Assembly: GCA_016432425.1 (NCBI GenBank)
Contig: CP066688.1
Coordinates: 276,368-340,367, forward strand
Length of the DNA stretch: 64,000 nucleotides
Reading direction: 5' to 3'
DNA from: Candidatus Daviesbacteria bacterium
GTDB lineage: Bacteria; Patescibacteriota; Microgenomatia; Daviesbacterales; UBA10151
The position numbers were made by a program, and so were the translations under genes. Of the stretch, positions 50,432 to 60,725 are shown one piece after another (the stretch's first letter is position 1; the number at the start of each line of letters is the position of its first letter). The notes below the pieces were generated by a model that was given only the letters and a program-made list of their open reading frames with translations, ran no database searches and had not been told where the DNA came from.

Positions 50432-51100
50432 ATGAAAAATATTTGGGTGATCGCGAACTGGAAGAGTAACAAAACTATCTCTGAAGCTTTAGACTGGATT
50501 TCAATAGTGGGTCCTAACTTAGAAAAAAGAGATTATTTAAAAGTAGTTGTTTGCCCAACATTTACTGACATTGAAGAAGTCAAAAAAGCTATACAGGTGG
50601 GCAATTTTCCTTTAATTGTGGGCTCACAGGACCTTTCTCCATATGAGGCAGGAGCTTATACCGGAGAAGAAACAGCTGCCATTCTGCGCCAATTTGTGGA
50701 TCTGGCAATTTTGGGGCATTCCGAGCGGCGGCAAAATTTTAACGAGACCGATGACATGGTCGCCCGCAAAGTTGAGCAGGCCCTAGAGCACAACATTACT
50801 CCTCTGGTTTGTATCCAAAGTGACCACACCCCTATACCCAAAGGGACAAAATTGGTGGCATATGAGCCTGTTGAGGCCATCGGTACCGGACACCCTGACA
50901 GCCCTCAAGAAGCAGAGAGTGTCTCCCAAAAAATTAAAGCAGACCACCCTCAAGTAGAAATTTTATACGGAGGCAGTATCACCTCGGAAAACGCCAAAGC
51001 CTATATCTGCCGAGAAGACATTAGCGGCGTCTTAGTAGGAGAAGCTTCACTAGAAGGGGAGGAGTTTGTTAAAATAGTGAATGCATGTCTGATCCAGTAA
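50432..51100 (+). CDS. tpiA: Triosephosphate isomerase
   Basis: ANWKSN, GHSERR, AYEPVEAIGTG, YGGS. Confidence 0.9.
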   Translation: MKNIWVIANWKSNKTISEALDWISIVGPNLEKRDYLKVVVCPTFTDIEEVKKAIQVGNFPLIVGSQDLSPYEAGAYTGEETAAILRQFVDLAILGHSERRQNFNETDDMVARKVEQALEHNITPLVCIQSDHTPIPKGTKLVAYEPVEAIGTGHPDSPQEAESVSQKIKADHPQVEILYGGSITSENAKAYICREDISGVLVGEASLEGEEFVKIVNACLIQ

Positions 51101-52308
51101 TCCCCTCTGCCAAAGTTAATACTAATTACCCTAACCGAAAAAAATCCCGGAGGGCGACTAGAAAGTTCATTCCCATCTTAAGTTTGATGGCAGTTATTTT
51201 TTTTGTGGCTTTCGCAGTCTCTATTCTTTTTGGACCTAGCAGCGTAGTAAACTATATCTTCCATAGTAGCACTTTAAAATCCACCAATGATCGGGTAAAT
51301 GTATTGCTTTTGGGAATTGCCGGTCAAAATCATGACGGACCCAATCTAACAGATACCATTGTGGTAGCTTCCTATCATTTAAAAACTAATCAACTAGATT
51401 TAATTTCCCTACCGCGAGATTTTTGGATTGACAGCATTAAGGGCAGGGCAAACTCTGTTTATGAAATGGGCTTAAATAGGGGGGCCGGTTTAAGCAGTGC
51501 CAAACAAGTAATTGGTAATGTCTTGGGTCTACCCATCCATTACGGCCTCAGAGTAGATTTTAATGGTTTTATCAAAGCTATTGACACTGTGGGCGGCATT
51601 GACTTATCTGTAGAAACTGAGTTTAATGATTATCACTATCCTCTGGCGGGCGAAGAAAATAATCTGTGTGATTTAACTTCCAACACAGTTGATTTATCAG
51701 CCGAGGAGGCCCAAAAATACCATCTCCAACCCGGCCCCCAACAGGTTTTTGTTAATATTGATGGCACTATTGCCACTGATACCGCTGATCCTAATAAGGA
51801 ATTAGTTTATTTCCGCTGTCGTTTTGAACATCTCCATTTTGACGCTGGCAGCCAACATATGGATGGGGCCACTGCTCTAAAATTTGTCCGTTCCCGCAAA
51901 GGCACTAATGGTGAAGGTTCAGATTTTGCCCGAGCCAAACGCCAACAAAAAGTCATCGAAGCAGCCCGCAATAAGGGATTGTCTCTTCAAACCCTCACTT
52001 CACCTGATAAAATCTCTACCCTAGCCTCTACTTTCGGACAAAGCCTAGATAGCGATATTCCCCTGACTGATCTGCCCAAATTTATCCCTCTGGTAAAAAA
52101 CTTGTCTAAAACTAATAATTTAGTATTGGACAACTCTGTTCAATTGGGGCTCTTAACTCAACCCAATCCGGCAGATTTTGGCGGAGCCTTTGTCTTAATT
52201 CCCAAGGCGGGGGTTAGTAATTATGATAATATACAAAGGTATATTAAAGATGCCCTGAATAAAAAACCGAATGAAAGTACTCCTGCTGCACGGACCGGCA
52301 CAAATTAG
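51085..52308 (+). CDS. LytR-CpsA-Psr (LCP) family cell-envelope phosphotransferase
   Basis: TM anchor, then NVLLLGIAGQNHDGPNLTDTIVVASY...LISLPRD, the LCP signature. Confidence 0.75.
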   Translation: MSDPVIPSAKVNTNYPNRKKSRRATRKFIPILSLMAVIFFVAFAVSILFGPSSVVNYIFHSSTLKSTNDRVNVLLLGIAGQNHDGPNLTDTIVVASYHLKTNQLDLISLPRDFWIDSIKGRANSVYEMGLNRGAGLSSAKQVIGNVLGLPIHYGLRVDFNGFIKAIDTVGGIDLSVETEFNDYHYPLAGEENNLCDLTSNTVDLSAEEAQKYHLQPGPQQVFVNIDGTIATDTADPNKELVYFRCRFEHLHFDAGSQHMDGATALKFVRSRKGTNGEGSDFARAKRQQKVIEAARNKGLSLQTLTSPDKISTLASTFGQSLDSDIPLTDLPKFIPLVKNLSKTNNLVLDNSVQLGLLTQPNPADFGGAFVLIPKAGVSNYDNIQRYIKDALNKKPNESTPAARTGTN

Positions 52309-52960
52309 TTCCCGCTCTAAACTTTTAAACTTAAAAAAAGATTTTGAGAGCTCTGGCATTGTTACCTTTCCCACCGGCTCAAATCTACCAGATATATTAG
52401 GAGCTATCTCCACCCCCTCACTGCTGTCAAATAACCAGCTTATTATCTTAGAAAATCCTCCCGAGGATTTAGTTTTTAACTCTTCCCTTTTCCCTGACCA
52501 CTTACCCAAAGGGGAGCTTCGCTCGTCACTAATTCTGTGGTTTGATCATGAAGTTTCGACCAAAAAACCTATTTTAGAAGAGGTCAAAAAAAATAAAGGG
52601 CAGATTCTGTTTTTTCCTGCTGAAAAAGAAGCCTCTATTTTCCCTTTTTTGGATCTTTTGGCCAGTCGTGACAAAAAAGCTTTTGTAGAAATTTCAAGGT
52701 TGCAAAAAACCCATGAAAAATTCTCCGACTTACAATATTTGATGACTATGATTTTTTATTTACTACGCACACTGCTGATAACACCAGCAAATGCTGCTCC
52801 TTTCGTCAGACAAAAATTAGACAAGCAGAGAAAAAATTTTTCCCAAGATGAGCTTAAAAATCTCTATAAATTTGTACTAGTTACTGATTTCAAAATCAAA
52901 AGCGGACTCTTGGATTTAAAACAAGCCGAGTTTTTACTAATAAACAAATTTGCCAGATAA
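52271..52960 (+). CDS. holA: Possible DNA polymerase III delta subunit-like protein
   Basis: 229 aa. Weak resemblance to the HolA N-terminus (LLLHGP...) and C-terminal helical domain. Low certainty. Confidence 0.35.
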   Translation: MKVLLLHGPAQISSRSKLLNLKKDFESSGIVTFPTGSNLPDILGAISTPSLLSNNQLIILENPPEDLVFNSSLFPDHLPKGELRSSLILWFDHEVSTKKPILEEVKKNKGQILFFPAEKEASIFPFLDLLASRDKKAFVEISRLQKTHEKFSDLQYLMTMIFYLLRTLLITPANAAPFVRQKLDKQRKNFSQDELKNLYKFVLVTDFKIKSGLLDLKQAEFLLINKFAR

Positions 52961-53890
52961 CTATTTTTGCTCGCTGATTTTTTGCGACATCAAGTCCAGA
53001 TCTTTTTTATCAACTACTCCATCAGAATTTAAATCTGCCCTTTTTTCCTTGGGATTTTTGCCTAAATTTTTTACCACTATGCCATAATCAGAAGCATTAA
53101 TAAATCTATCATTATTTAAATCAAATTTATCCAGATCAGAACTTTTGGAAGAGGATGCATTGGCTATGGAGGCTGTTAGGTCTAGTTGTTCCCCAATCTT
53201 AATTGAGGGCAAAGGCTTGCCGTCATCAGTTAAATTAAAAACCATCGTGGCTGACCCAGCTCCTGAGACAATACTCAGTTTGGCTGTTGTTTGTTTGCTG
53301 GGCTGGAAAACTCCCTGCAGATTAGTTTCTCTCATTTTGGCAATAGGGATAATAAAATTCCCAAAATCCTTAATTAAACCGGCTTGTACCAACGCCCCGG
53401 AAATAGCCAGATATGCCATGCCTTCTTTCAAAGGCCTGCCACTTTCTAAAACTGATCCCACAATGGGTTTAAAACCATTTTCTGTCAAACTGGCAGCAGC
53501 CGTCTGAAACTGGGCTACTTCAGCCTTATTTTTGCCGGAGACAATTCGATATTGATAAGCTGTTGCCGGAGAAAGATTGCGGACAGTGACTAAATGCATA
53601 AAATAAAGCTGAGGCACATTTTGATCCCGATCATCTAAAATTGTCTGCTCATTGTCACTTTTTTGTCCTATGGTCACAAAACCAGGTACAGCCGTATCAG
53701 TTTGCCAAGAAATGACCGCGCTCGTATCTTCAATATTGGAAACTGTAATATTTTTAGGTTGAGTTTCCGGAGTCGCTCTAACTGCCAGATATTGATTTTG
53801 CAGCACTAAATAAACTCCAGTGCCCAAACCTCCTAAAATAATAGCCAGCCCCAAAAGAGTGGGGATACGCAGTTTAGTTAAAATATTCAT
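52961..53890 (-). CDS. Secreted protein with Fn3-like domain and C-terminal dockerin-like repeats
   Basis: Signal/TM, then an Fn3/PAP-N-like segment (ISWQTDTAVPGFVTIG...YQYRI), then DLNNDRFINASDY and DLNSDGVVDKKDL dockerin type-I-like Ca-binding repeats. Confidence 0.55.
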   Translation of the reverse strand: MNILTKLRIPTLLGLAIILGGLGTGVYLVLQNQYLAVRATPETQPKNITVSNIEDTSAVISWQTDTAVPGFVTIGQKSDNEQTILDDRDQNVPQLYFMHLVTVRNLSPATAYQYRIVSGKNKAEVAQFQTAAASLTENGFKPIVGSVLESGRPLKEGMAYLAISGALVQAGLIKDFGNFIIPIAKMRETNLQGVFQPSKQTTAKLSIVSGAGSATMVFNLTDDGKPLPSIKIGEQLDLTASIANASSSKSSDLDKFDLNNDRFINASDYGIVVKNLGKNPKEKRADLNSDGVVDKKDLDLMSQKISEQK

Positions 53891-54066
53891 GGTTGCAAAA
53901 GTTGTATAGCAGACTGGTCAAAAGTAGGCTCCAAAGGCGCAGTGGCTTCTTGGATTGTCGGATCTATTGTGACCTGCGTTCTGGTGTGGATAATATCAAA
54001 AATTACCCAAGCCATAAAGGTCAAAAAAGTAATGACTACTAAAATTAAAATTTCTTTCCTGGCCAT
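53887..54066 (-). CDS. Small membrane protein (59 aa), translationally coupled in the pilN-pilO operon
   Basis: MARKEILILVVITFLTFMAWVIFDIIHTRTQ.... ATG at 54066 lies 2 nt after the pilO-like stop. Its TGA overlaps the downstream ATG (ATGA). Below the track cutoff. Confidence 0.35.
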   Translation of the reverse strand: MARKEILILVVITFLTFMAWVIFDIIHTRTQVTIDPTIQEATAPLEPTFDQSAIQLLQP

Positions 54067-54067
54067 A

Positions 54068-54667
54068 TTATTTTAGGAAAAACGCTTTACCCACTATCTG
54101 CATTAAGATACTAGAGCTTTCAGGGTTTTTATTCAAGGTTAAGCCTGTGACAGAAATTAAACGGGAGCTATTCTTTATCCCGTTTAAGGTATTAAGCAAA
54201 TTGTTATATGATCCCTCCAAGGTAAAAGTAAATTGGATTTCAGTTAAGTTTTTAGCAGACTCTGTCGCATTAGGAATACTAATGGGGTCAATTTGTAAGG
54301 CAGAAATTGAAGCCTGATTACTCAAGGCGTTTTGCTCCAGGGCAGCAATGACTGTTTTTAGGTTAGGTACGGGCGGGATAGTTGTATCAATTTTTTGCCT
54401 AATGGCAGGATCCAAACTTTGATAATTTTTTCTGGCTTCTGAAAGATCTTTAGATTTTTGGATAATTTGAGCTAAAACTTGTTTAGAATTTTCCAGATTT
54501 TTTTGTAAAACTAAAATTGTGCCAATAGTAGGTTTAATGGCAAACAAAATAAAAATAGCCACCACCACAATACTTAAGATTAACGATCCATAAGTTTTAA
54601 CAATCGGTGCCCGCAATATCGGGGCAATATAAGTAAAATAACGCGAGTAACGATGCTGATTGTTCAT
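54068..54667 (-). CDS. pilO: PilO-like type IV pilus assembly protein
   Basis: 199 aa: short cytoplasmic N-terminus, TM LILSIVVVAIFILFAI, coiled coil, periplasmic domain. 4-nt overlap with the upstream gene. Confidence 0.5.
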   Translation of the reverse strand: MNNQHRYSRYFTYIAPILRAPIVKTYGSLILSIVVVAIFILFAIKPTIGTILVLQKNLENSKQVLAQIIQKSKDLSEARKNYQSLDPAIRQKIDTTIPPVPNLKTVIAALEQNALSNQASISALQIDPISIPNATESAKNLTEIQFTFTLEGSYNNLLNTLNGIKNSSRLISVTGLTLNKNPESSSILMQIVGKAFFLK

Positions 54668-55248
54668 AACTCTAAATTCCCCTTGGTAGAAAAGTAGTAA
54701 TTACCAGTAATAGTAAAAACTACCACCCCCTGATTTAAGCCAATGCCCCCAATATTTAGATCTTTAAAACTGCGGTCAGTTTTTAGATTATTAAAAAAAA
54801 CAGTGATATCTCTATTGCTGGCAGATTGGCCGGTGATCTTGACTTCTGCAACTCCTACCTTGGAGCTTAGGTTGAGTACGGTTAATTTAACTGCGGGGGG
54901 CACTTGAGCAGATATTTGGTTTAAAATATTAACCAAATCAGCAGAGGCCAAACGAATATCTTTAACTGTCGAAAGCTGCAACTGAGTTCGTCTGACCAAA
55001 GCCTCATCTGAGCTCAAGCTTTGAACAAAAGGTAGTTGGGCCTCTACTTCTTCTTTGGTATTTTGTAGATCAGCATCAAATTTAAAACGCGACAAAAAAG
55101 CAATTAGCACAACCGCCTCCACCACAATAACAATGTAGCGCCCGGAGGAAAGTAACCAACGGATAAATTTGGCCAAAATTGGCTCCTTTGACCCCACAGG
55201 ATGAAGCAGGTTTAAGCGGATGGCAAAACCACCTTTTTTGTCGGGCAT
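54664..55248 (-). CDS. pilN: PilN-like type IV pilus assembly protein
   Basis: IRLNLLHP N-terminus (compare PilN INLLP), TM IVIVVEAVVLIAFL, periplasmic domain. Confidence 0.5.
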   Translation of the reverse strand: MPDKKGGFAIRLNLLHPVGSKEPILAKFIRWLLSSGRYIVIVVEAVVLIAFLSRFKFDADLQNTKEEVEAQLPFVQSLSSDEALVRRTQLQLSTVKDIRLASADLVNILNQISAQVPPAVKLTVLNLSSKVGVAEVKITGQSASNRDITVFFNNLKTDRSFKDLNIGGIGLNQGVVVFTITGNYYFSTKGNLEL

Positions 55249-55294
55249 AAGTCTATTATATATTAGTAATTAGGGGAAAGGGAGAAGGGAACAG

Positions 55295-55567
55295 TTATTT
55301 TCTCTTGGGTGAAACTGGTTTTGCAATCTTGATTGGAGGAGCTGATTTAGATAATCTGGATTTTAGACGAGCAGCTTTGTTGGGATGAATCAATTTGACT
55401 TTGGCGGCCTTATCCAGGGCGGAAAAAACTGCTTTAAGGGCCGCAGGAGTTTTGGTTTGCCTGGCTTTTTTAATTAAATTTTTAACATTGGCGGACCGCA
55501 CCCGGTTACGGGCGGTTCTGATTTTATCTTTTCTTAATTTTTTAATTGCTGATTGGATTATCGGCAT
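55295..55567 (-). CDS. rpsT: 30S ribosomal protein S20
   Basis: MPIIQSAIKKLRKDKIRTARNRVRS...LIHPNKAARLKSRL. Internal ATG at 55567 preferred. Confidence 0.8.
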   Translation of the reverse strand: MPIIQSAIKKLRKDKIRTARNRVRSANVKNLIKKARQTKTPAALKAVFSALDKAAKVKLIHPNKAARLKSRLSKSAPPIKIAKPVSPKRK

Positions 55568-55617
55568 GTCAGGTATCTTAGCATGACTATGGACCAAGTT
55601 CAAGCTATAATTACCCC

Positions 55618-56622
55618 ATGGACTTAAAAATTATTAGACAGAAAAAAAATCAATATAACAAATTAGTAACCCATGTTATGCAAAGTTGGCAGTGGGGAGA
55701 GTTTAGAAAAAGTTTGGGCACCAAAATTTTAAAATATGGCCTGTATAATAAAAACCAATTAAAAACTGCCTTTCAGATAACTTTTCATAAAATTCCTCTC
55801 CTTAATCAATATGTTGGCTACCTGCCTAAAGGCCCCATGCCGGATAAAAATTTAGCCCAGGCTTTAAAAAAAATTGGCCAGGAAAACAATTGTGCATTTA
55901 TTAAAATAGAGCCTAATATTGAGCTGCCAGCTACCACCTACTATCTACCGTCTGATTTCCATAAATCGCCAAAACCCTTATTTACTAAATACAACTTTGT
56001 ATTGGATTTAACCAAATCGGAGGCAGAATTACTTCAAAACCTCCATCCAAAAACCAGATATAACATTAAAGTGGCCCAAAAACACGGAGTCAAAGTAGAA
56101 GAAAGATTCGATGATGAGGCGCTAGATATTTACTTAAGATTGTATTTTGAAACAACTAAACGTCAAAATTATCATGGCCACACCCCTACTTATCATCAGG
56201 CTGTTTGGGCCAAATTAAAAAAAGAAAAAATGGCTCGATTTCTAATTGCCTTTTACCAAAATGAACCCCTAACCGCCTGGATGTTAATTAATTTTCAGGA
56301 CACCCTGTATTACCCGTATGGCGGATCTTCCAAAGCTCACCCGGAAGTAATGGCCAATAATTTAGTTGCCTGGAAAGCTATCCTGTTGGGTAAAAGATTA
56401 AAGTTAAAAAATTTTGATATGTGGGGAGCATTAGGTCCTAATGCAAGCTTAAAAGACCCTTGGCATGGTTTCCATCGGTTTAAACAAGGATATGGAGGAA
56501 AGTTAGTTGAATATATCGGCACTTATGATTTAGTTTTTAACTGGCCAATATATTTAACATTCACTATTGTTGATAGATTAACTCCTTTAAAAGTTTTTCT
56601 GTTAAAACTGGTGAGAAAGTAA
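55618..56622 (+). CDS. FemAB-family peptidoglycan peptide-bridge aminoacyltransferase
   Basis: 334 aa; HVMQSWQWGEFR matches the FemAB N-terminus (flQSweWgefk). Two GNAT-like halves. Confidence 0.7.
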   Translation: MDLKIIRQKKNQYNKLVTHVMQSWQWGEFRKSLGTKILKYGLYNKNQLKTAFQITFHKIPLLNQYVGYLPKGPMPDKNLAQALKKIGQENNCAFIKIEPNIELPATTYYLPSDFHKSPKPLFTKYNFVLDLTKSEAELLQNLHPKTRYNIKVAQKHGVKVEERFDDEALDIYLRLYFETTKRQNYHGHTPTYHQAVWAKLKKEKMARFLIAFYQNEPLTAWMLINFQDTLYYPYGGSSKAHPEVMANNLVAWKAILLGKRLKLKNFDMWGALGPNASLKDPWHGFHRFKQGYGGKLVEYIGTYDLVFNWPIYLTFTIVDRLTPLKVFLLKLVRK

Positions 56623-57173
56623 TGGAAATTACACTGATAATCGTTGTGGGTATTCTATTTGGTTGCCTAATAGGCCTTTCCTGGTTTGCCGGATCTGATG
56701 CACCTTTCGTCCCCACTAAAACTAACCGCATAAAAAAAATATTAAAGTTAATACCTTTAAAAAATAAAGTTTTTTATGAGTTGGGATCTGGCGATGGCAG
56801 GGTGGTAATTGAGGCAGCCAAAATGGGGGCTCAGGCTTTTGGAATTGAACAGTCATTTTTAAGGATTTTGTATTCTAAATTTATTGCCTCCAGGTTACAA
56901 CTTAGCAATACCCACTTTATCCATGGAAATATTTTTAAACAAAATTTATCTGCTGCCCAGGTGGTTTTTATTTTTCTTTTACCTAAAGGGGTAGAAAAGC
57001 TGGAAAGTAAATTAAAAAAAGAATTAAAAAAGGGGTCATTAGTTATTACTCAAACTTTCCATTTTAAAAATTGGAAGCCATTAAAAAAGATTTTAATTAC
57101 CGACAAAAAAGAACCAAATACTTTTTTGGGGCCTAATAAAAAAGAAGGTGAATTTTACCTTTACCAACTTTAA
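56622..57173 (+). CDS. Class I SAM-dependent methyltransferase with N-terminal TM helix
   Basis: Motif I VFYELGSGDGRVVIEAA. Confidence 0.55.
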   Translation: MEITLIIVVGILFGCLIGLSWFAGSDAPFVPTKTNRIKKILKLIPLKNKVFYELGSGDGRVVIEAAKMGAQAFGIEQSFLRILYSKFIASRLQLSNTHFIHGNIFKQNLSAAQVVFIFLLPKGVEKLESKLKKELKKGSLVITQTFHFKNWKPLKKILITDKKEPNTFLGPNKKEGEFYLYQL

Positions 57174-57177
57174 GTAG

Positions 57178-58419
57178 TTGCCTGGTAATGTTTGGAAAAT
57201 AACACTTTTTTCAATATTTTGCCAATGGTATACTACACCAGTGAAACTTCTTCATTTTTCAGATATTCATATTGGAATGGAAAATTATGCTAAATTAGAT
57301 CCGGAGACTGGACTCTCCAGTAGACTGTTAGATTTTTTTAATACTTTTGATTTTATTGTTGATCTGGCAATTAAAGAAAATGTTGATGCCGTAGTTTTTG
57401 CTGGGGATGCCTACAAAACTAGAGATCCTAATCCTACCCAACAGCGAGGTTTTGGTGAAAGAATTAAAAAACTGGCCAAAGCGGGAATCCCCACTATATT
57501 AGTTGTGGGAAACCATGATACTCCTAATGCAGAGGGTAAAGCCAACACCTTGGATATTTATTCCGCACTGGAAATTGATCATGTTTGGGTCTCCCGGAAA
57601 CCAGAATATTTAAAAATTCCCACTAAATCAGGTACTCTGCAGGTTATTACCTTACCCTGGCTGCATAAAAATGACTATAAAACGGTTGGGGATAAACTAA
57701 AATCTTTGTATGATAAAATTACCTCCGAGAACTCTGCTATTTTTTTATCTCATGCTGAGGTGGAAGGGTCACAGTATGGCTCTGAAAAAGGAATGGCTAT
57801 CGGAACTGATGTGACCATCCCCTTACCGCTACTGCAGGATAAAAGATTAGATTACGTGGCTTTAGGCCATATTCACAAACACCAGGTTTTATCAAAACCA
57901 GGAGATAAACCCTTGGTAGTTTATTCCGGTTCACCAGAGCGAATTGATTTTGGAGAAGAAAAAGAAGAAAAAGGAATATGTCTAGTAGAGATAACGAGTA
58001 ACGAAAAACGAGAAACGACCTTTAAATTTATTCCCACCAGTGCCAGGATTTTTAGGACTATCAAAGTTTCCCTAAAACCAGATGACCCAGATCCCACCCG
58101 GACTGTTATTGCTGAAATTGAAAAACATAAGGTTAAAGACGCTATTGCCAGAATAATAGTTGATATCCCAGCTGATCTTGATAAAGAGATTAAAATGGAT
58201 CTAATCAAAAAAGCTCTTAAAGAAGCCAATTTCATTGCCGGAATTTCCCGCAATGTGGAAAGAAAAGAAAGGTCCGCCAGCTGGCGGATTGACGGCCAGG
58301 AGGAAGTGGAAAGATTAACCCCCATTGAAGCTTTAAAAAAATATTTTGCCGCTAAAAAAATTTCCCTTGAGAAACAAAAAGAACTAGAAAAATATGCTGC
58401 CCAGTTACTGGAATCCTGA
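57178..58419 (+). CDS. sbcD: Mre11/SbcD-family nuclease
   Basis: LLHFSDIHIG, VVFAGDAY, VVGNHD, GHIH phosphoesterase motifs. A GTG at 57241 (MKLLHFSD) is the probable true start. Confidence 0.8.
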   Translation: MPGNVWKITLFSIFCQWYTTPVKLLHFSDIHIGMENYAKLDPETGLSSRLLDFFNTFDFIVDLAIKENVDAVVFAGDAYKTRDPNPTQQRGFGERIKKLAKAGIPTILVVGNHDTPNAEGKANTLDIYSALEIDHVWVSRKPEYLKIPTKSGTLQVITLPWLHKNDYKTVGDKLKSLYDKITSENSAIFLSHAEVEGSQYGSEKGMAIGTDVTIPLPLLQDKRLDYVALGHIHKHQVLSKPGDKPLVVYSGSPERIDFGEEKEEKGICLVEITSNEKRETTFKFIPTSARIFRTIKVSLKPDDPDPTRTVIAEIEKHKVKDAIARIIVDIPADLDKEIKMDLIKKALKEANFIAGISRNVERKERSASWRIDGQEEVERLTPIEALKKYFAAKKISLEKQKELEKYAAQLLES

Positions 58420-58458
58420 TTGTCAAAAGATTAAGTTCCAATTATACTTGCATCGTCC

Positions 58459-60615
58459 ATGATCCCAGTCTCCTTAAAACTTTCCAACTTTACCTCTTAT
58501 AGTGAAAATGTGCCGGAACTGGATTTTACCAAGTTTCATTTGGCGGCCATTTCCGGACCTAATGGTGCCGGGAAATCCTCCTTGCTTGATGCCATTACCT
58601 GGTGTGTTTGGGGCTGGAGCAGAGCTGGGGACAACGCTGATCAACTTGTGCGGTTGGGGGCTTTAGATATGTTTGTCGAATTCAGCTTTGAGCTAGACGG
58701 ACATATTTATACTATTAAGCGCAGACGAGCTATCAAATCTGGCTCCAGCGCCCTGGAGCTTTGGAGTAATTCCCACAACCTAACTGAGGGTACCATTAAA
58801 TCTACCCAGCAAAAAATTATTAATACCCTTCATCTATCTTTTGAAACTTTTAGCAATTCAGCCTTTTTGCGCCAGGGCCACGCCGATGAATTTACTACTA
58901 AGGGTCCTTCTGATCGAAAAAGAATCCTGGCAGATATTTTAGGTCTGTTTCACTATGATGAGTTGGAAGAAAAAGCTAAAGAAAAAATTAAGGAGATTCA
59001 AAATAAACTGCAGTTGCTAAAATATCAGCTACTGGAAATTGATACTGAACTTTCACAAAAAGAGTCTCAAGAAGAAAAACGGAAAGAGACCATTTTGCAG
59101 GTAGAAAAAATTGAAGAGGAGATTAAATCTAAAGAAGCAAATTTAAAAACTCTCCAAGTTGAGCGGGAAACTTTAAATGTAGCCGAGCAACAACGGGAGA
59201 AACTACTGCAAAATTTAACTCAAAATCAACAAGAGCTCAGGGAAATTACTGAGCAAGGAGTGGAGCGCAAAAAGAAAATTGATTCTTTACAGACAGAAAT
59301 CTCTAATCTAAAAGTTGACGAAAAATTATTAACAAATTTAAGTGATTTACAAAAGGAGAAGGAAAATTTTGAAAAAATTAAACAAGAACAATTGGAGCTA
59401 AAAAATCAATTAACTAAAACTCAATCAGTAATCGATCTAAAAAATGCTGAGCTAAAAAATTTGCAAAAACAATTAGATGAGATTGAAGAAAAATTAGCGG
59501 ATTTAAAGCGAGCCGGGGCCAAATGCCCCACTTGTGGCCAAGAGATGAATACACAACATAAAAAAACTGCCGGAGATAATTTATTAGTAGAGAAAAAAGA
59601 GTTAACAGAAAAAATGGCTTTAATTGATAAAACTGCTGAAGAAAAAGCAGTAGTTGATTTAACTAAAAAAATTACTGAGCTAGTTTTTGATAATCAAAAA
59701 TACCAACAGTTAACTGCTCAACTAACAGATTTAGTAGCTTTACAGGAGCAAAAAGAAAAACTGATTCAGCTGACTGCCACCCTGGAAACAGAACAAAAAA
59801 CTTTGGTGGAACTGCGGAGTTTTTTTGTTAATAAAAAATCTCAAGTGGATAAATTAGAAATAGAATTTAAGTCCCTACTGGATGTGAGCGGAAAACTGAC
59901 TCCCCTAAATTTGGAGCTTCAGCAAACCGAAGAGCAGTTAAATAATTTAAGGGCTGAAGAAAAGGAATTGCGCGGCATACTGGGCCAAATTACTGAATTA
60001 ATCTCCAGATCAGCTCAACTAGAAAAACTGCAAAAAGAAAAATCTAGCGAAAAACAAGATTTAGAAAAACAAAAAACTATTTTTGAGGAACTCGCTTTAG
60101 CTTTTGGTAAAAAAGGTATTCAGGCGATGATTATAGAAACTGCCATCCCCGAAATAGAAGATGAGGCCAATAGATTATTGGATAAATTATCCGAAGGCCG
60201 GATGAAAATAGCACTCATTACCCAAAAAGAAACTAAAACTAAAATGGCTGGAGGCGAGCGGGGGATTGTGGAAACATTAGATATTGTCATCTCTGATGAA
60301 ATGGGTGAACGTCCTTATGAGCTATACTCAGGAGGTGAGGCTTTTAGGGTAAATATTACCCTCCGCTTAGCGCTGTCAAAACTACTGACCAGACGGGCCG
60401 GAGCTAAGTTACAATTTTTAGTCATAGATGAGGGGTTTGGCACCCAAGATGCCCAGGGCAGAACCAGAATTGTGGAAGTAATTGATGCTATCAAAGATGA
60501 TTTTGAAAAAATCGTGGTAATTACCCATCTGGAGGAGTTAAAAGAAGAATTTCCAGTTAGGATTGAAGTTTCTAAAAATAGTGGTGGATCTACGTTTGAA
60601 CTAATCGGAGATTAG
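58459..60615 (+). CDS. sbcC: Rad50/SbcC-family ATPase
   Basis: 718 aa with Walker A GPNGAGKSSLLDAI, long coiled coil with CPTCGQ zinc hook, signature LSGGEAFRV, Walker B FLVIDEGFG. Confidence 0.8.
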   Translation: MIPVSLKLSNFTSYSENVPELDFTKFHLAAISGPNGAGKSSLLDAITWCVWGWSRAGDNADQLVRLGALDMFVEFSFELDGHIYTIKRRRAIKSGSSALELWSNSHNLTEGTIKSTQQKIINTLHLSFETFSNSAFLRQGHADEFTTKGPSDRKRILADILGLFHYDELEEKAKEKIKEIQNKLQLLKYQLLEIDTELSQKESQEEKRKETILQVEKIEEEIKSKEANLKTLQVERETLNVAEQQREKLLQNLTQNQQELREITEQGVERKKKIDSLQTEISNLKVDEKLLTNLSDLQKEKENFEKIKQEQLELKNQLTKTQSVIDLKNAELKNLQKQLDEIEEKLADLKRAGAKCPTCGQEMNTQHKKTAGDNLLVEKKELTEKMALIDKTAEEKAVVDLTKKITELVFDNQKYQQLTAQLTDLVALQEQKEKLIQLTATLETEQKTLVELRSFFVNKKSQVDKLEIEFKSLLDVSGKLTPLNLELQQTEEQLNNLRAEEKELRGILGQITELISRSAQLEKLQKEKSSEKQDLEKQKTIFEELALAFGKKGIQAMIIETAIPEIEDEANRLLDKLSEGRMKIALITQKETKTKMAGGERGIVETLDIVISDEMGERPYELYSGGEAFRVNITLRLALSKLLTRRAGAKLQFLVIDEGFGTQDAQGRTRIVEVIDAIKDDFEKIVVITHLEELKEEFPVRIEVSKNSGGSTFELIGD

Positions 60616-60725
60616 TTCAAAGGAAAGCGCTGTTTACTTTTGAGGTAGCGGGGGTTTAACTCTCACCTTATTTAGCTTAAGGATTATCTATATGATCTAA
60701 TTTCAAGATGCATTAAAATAAAGTT

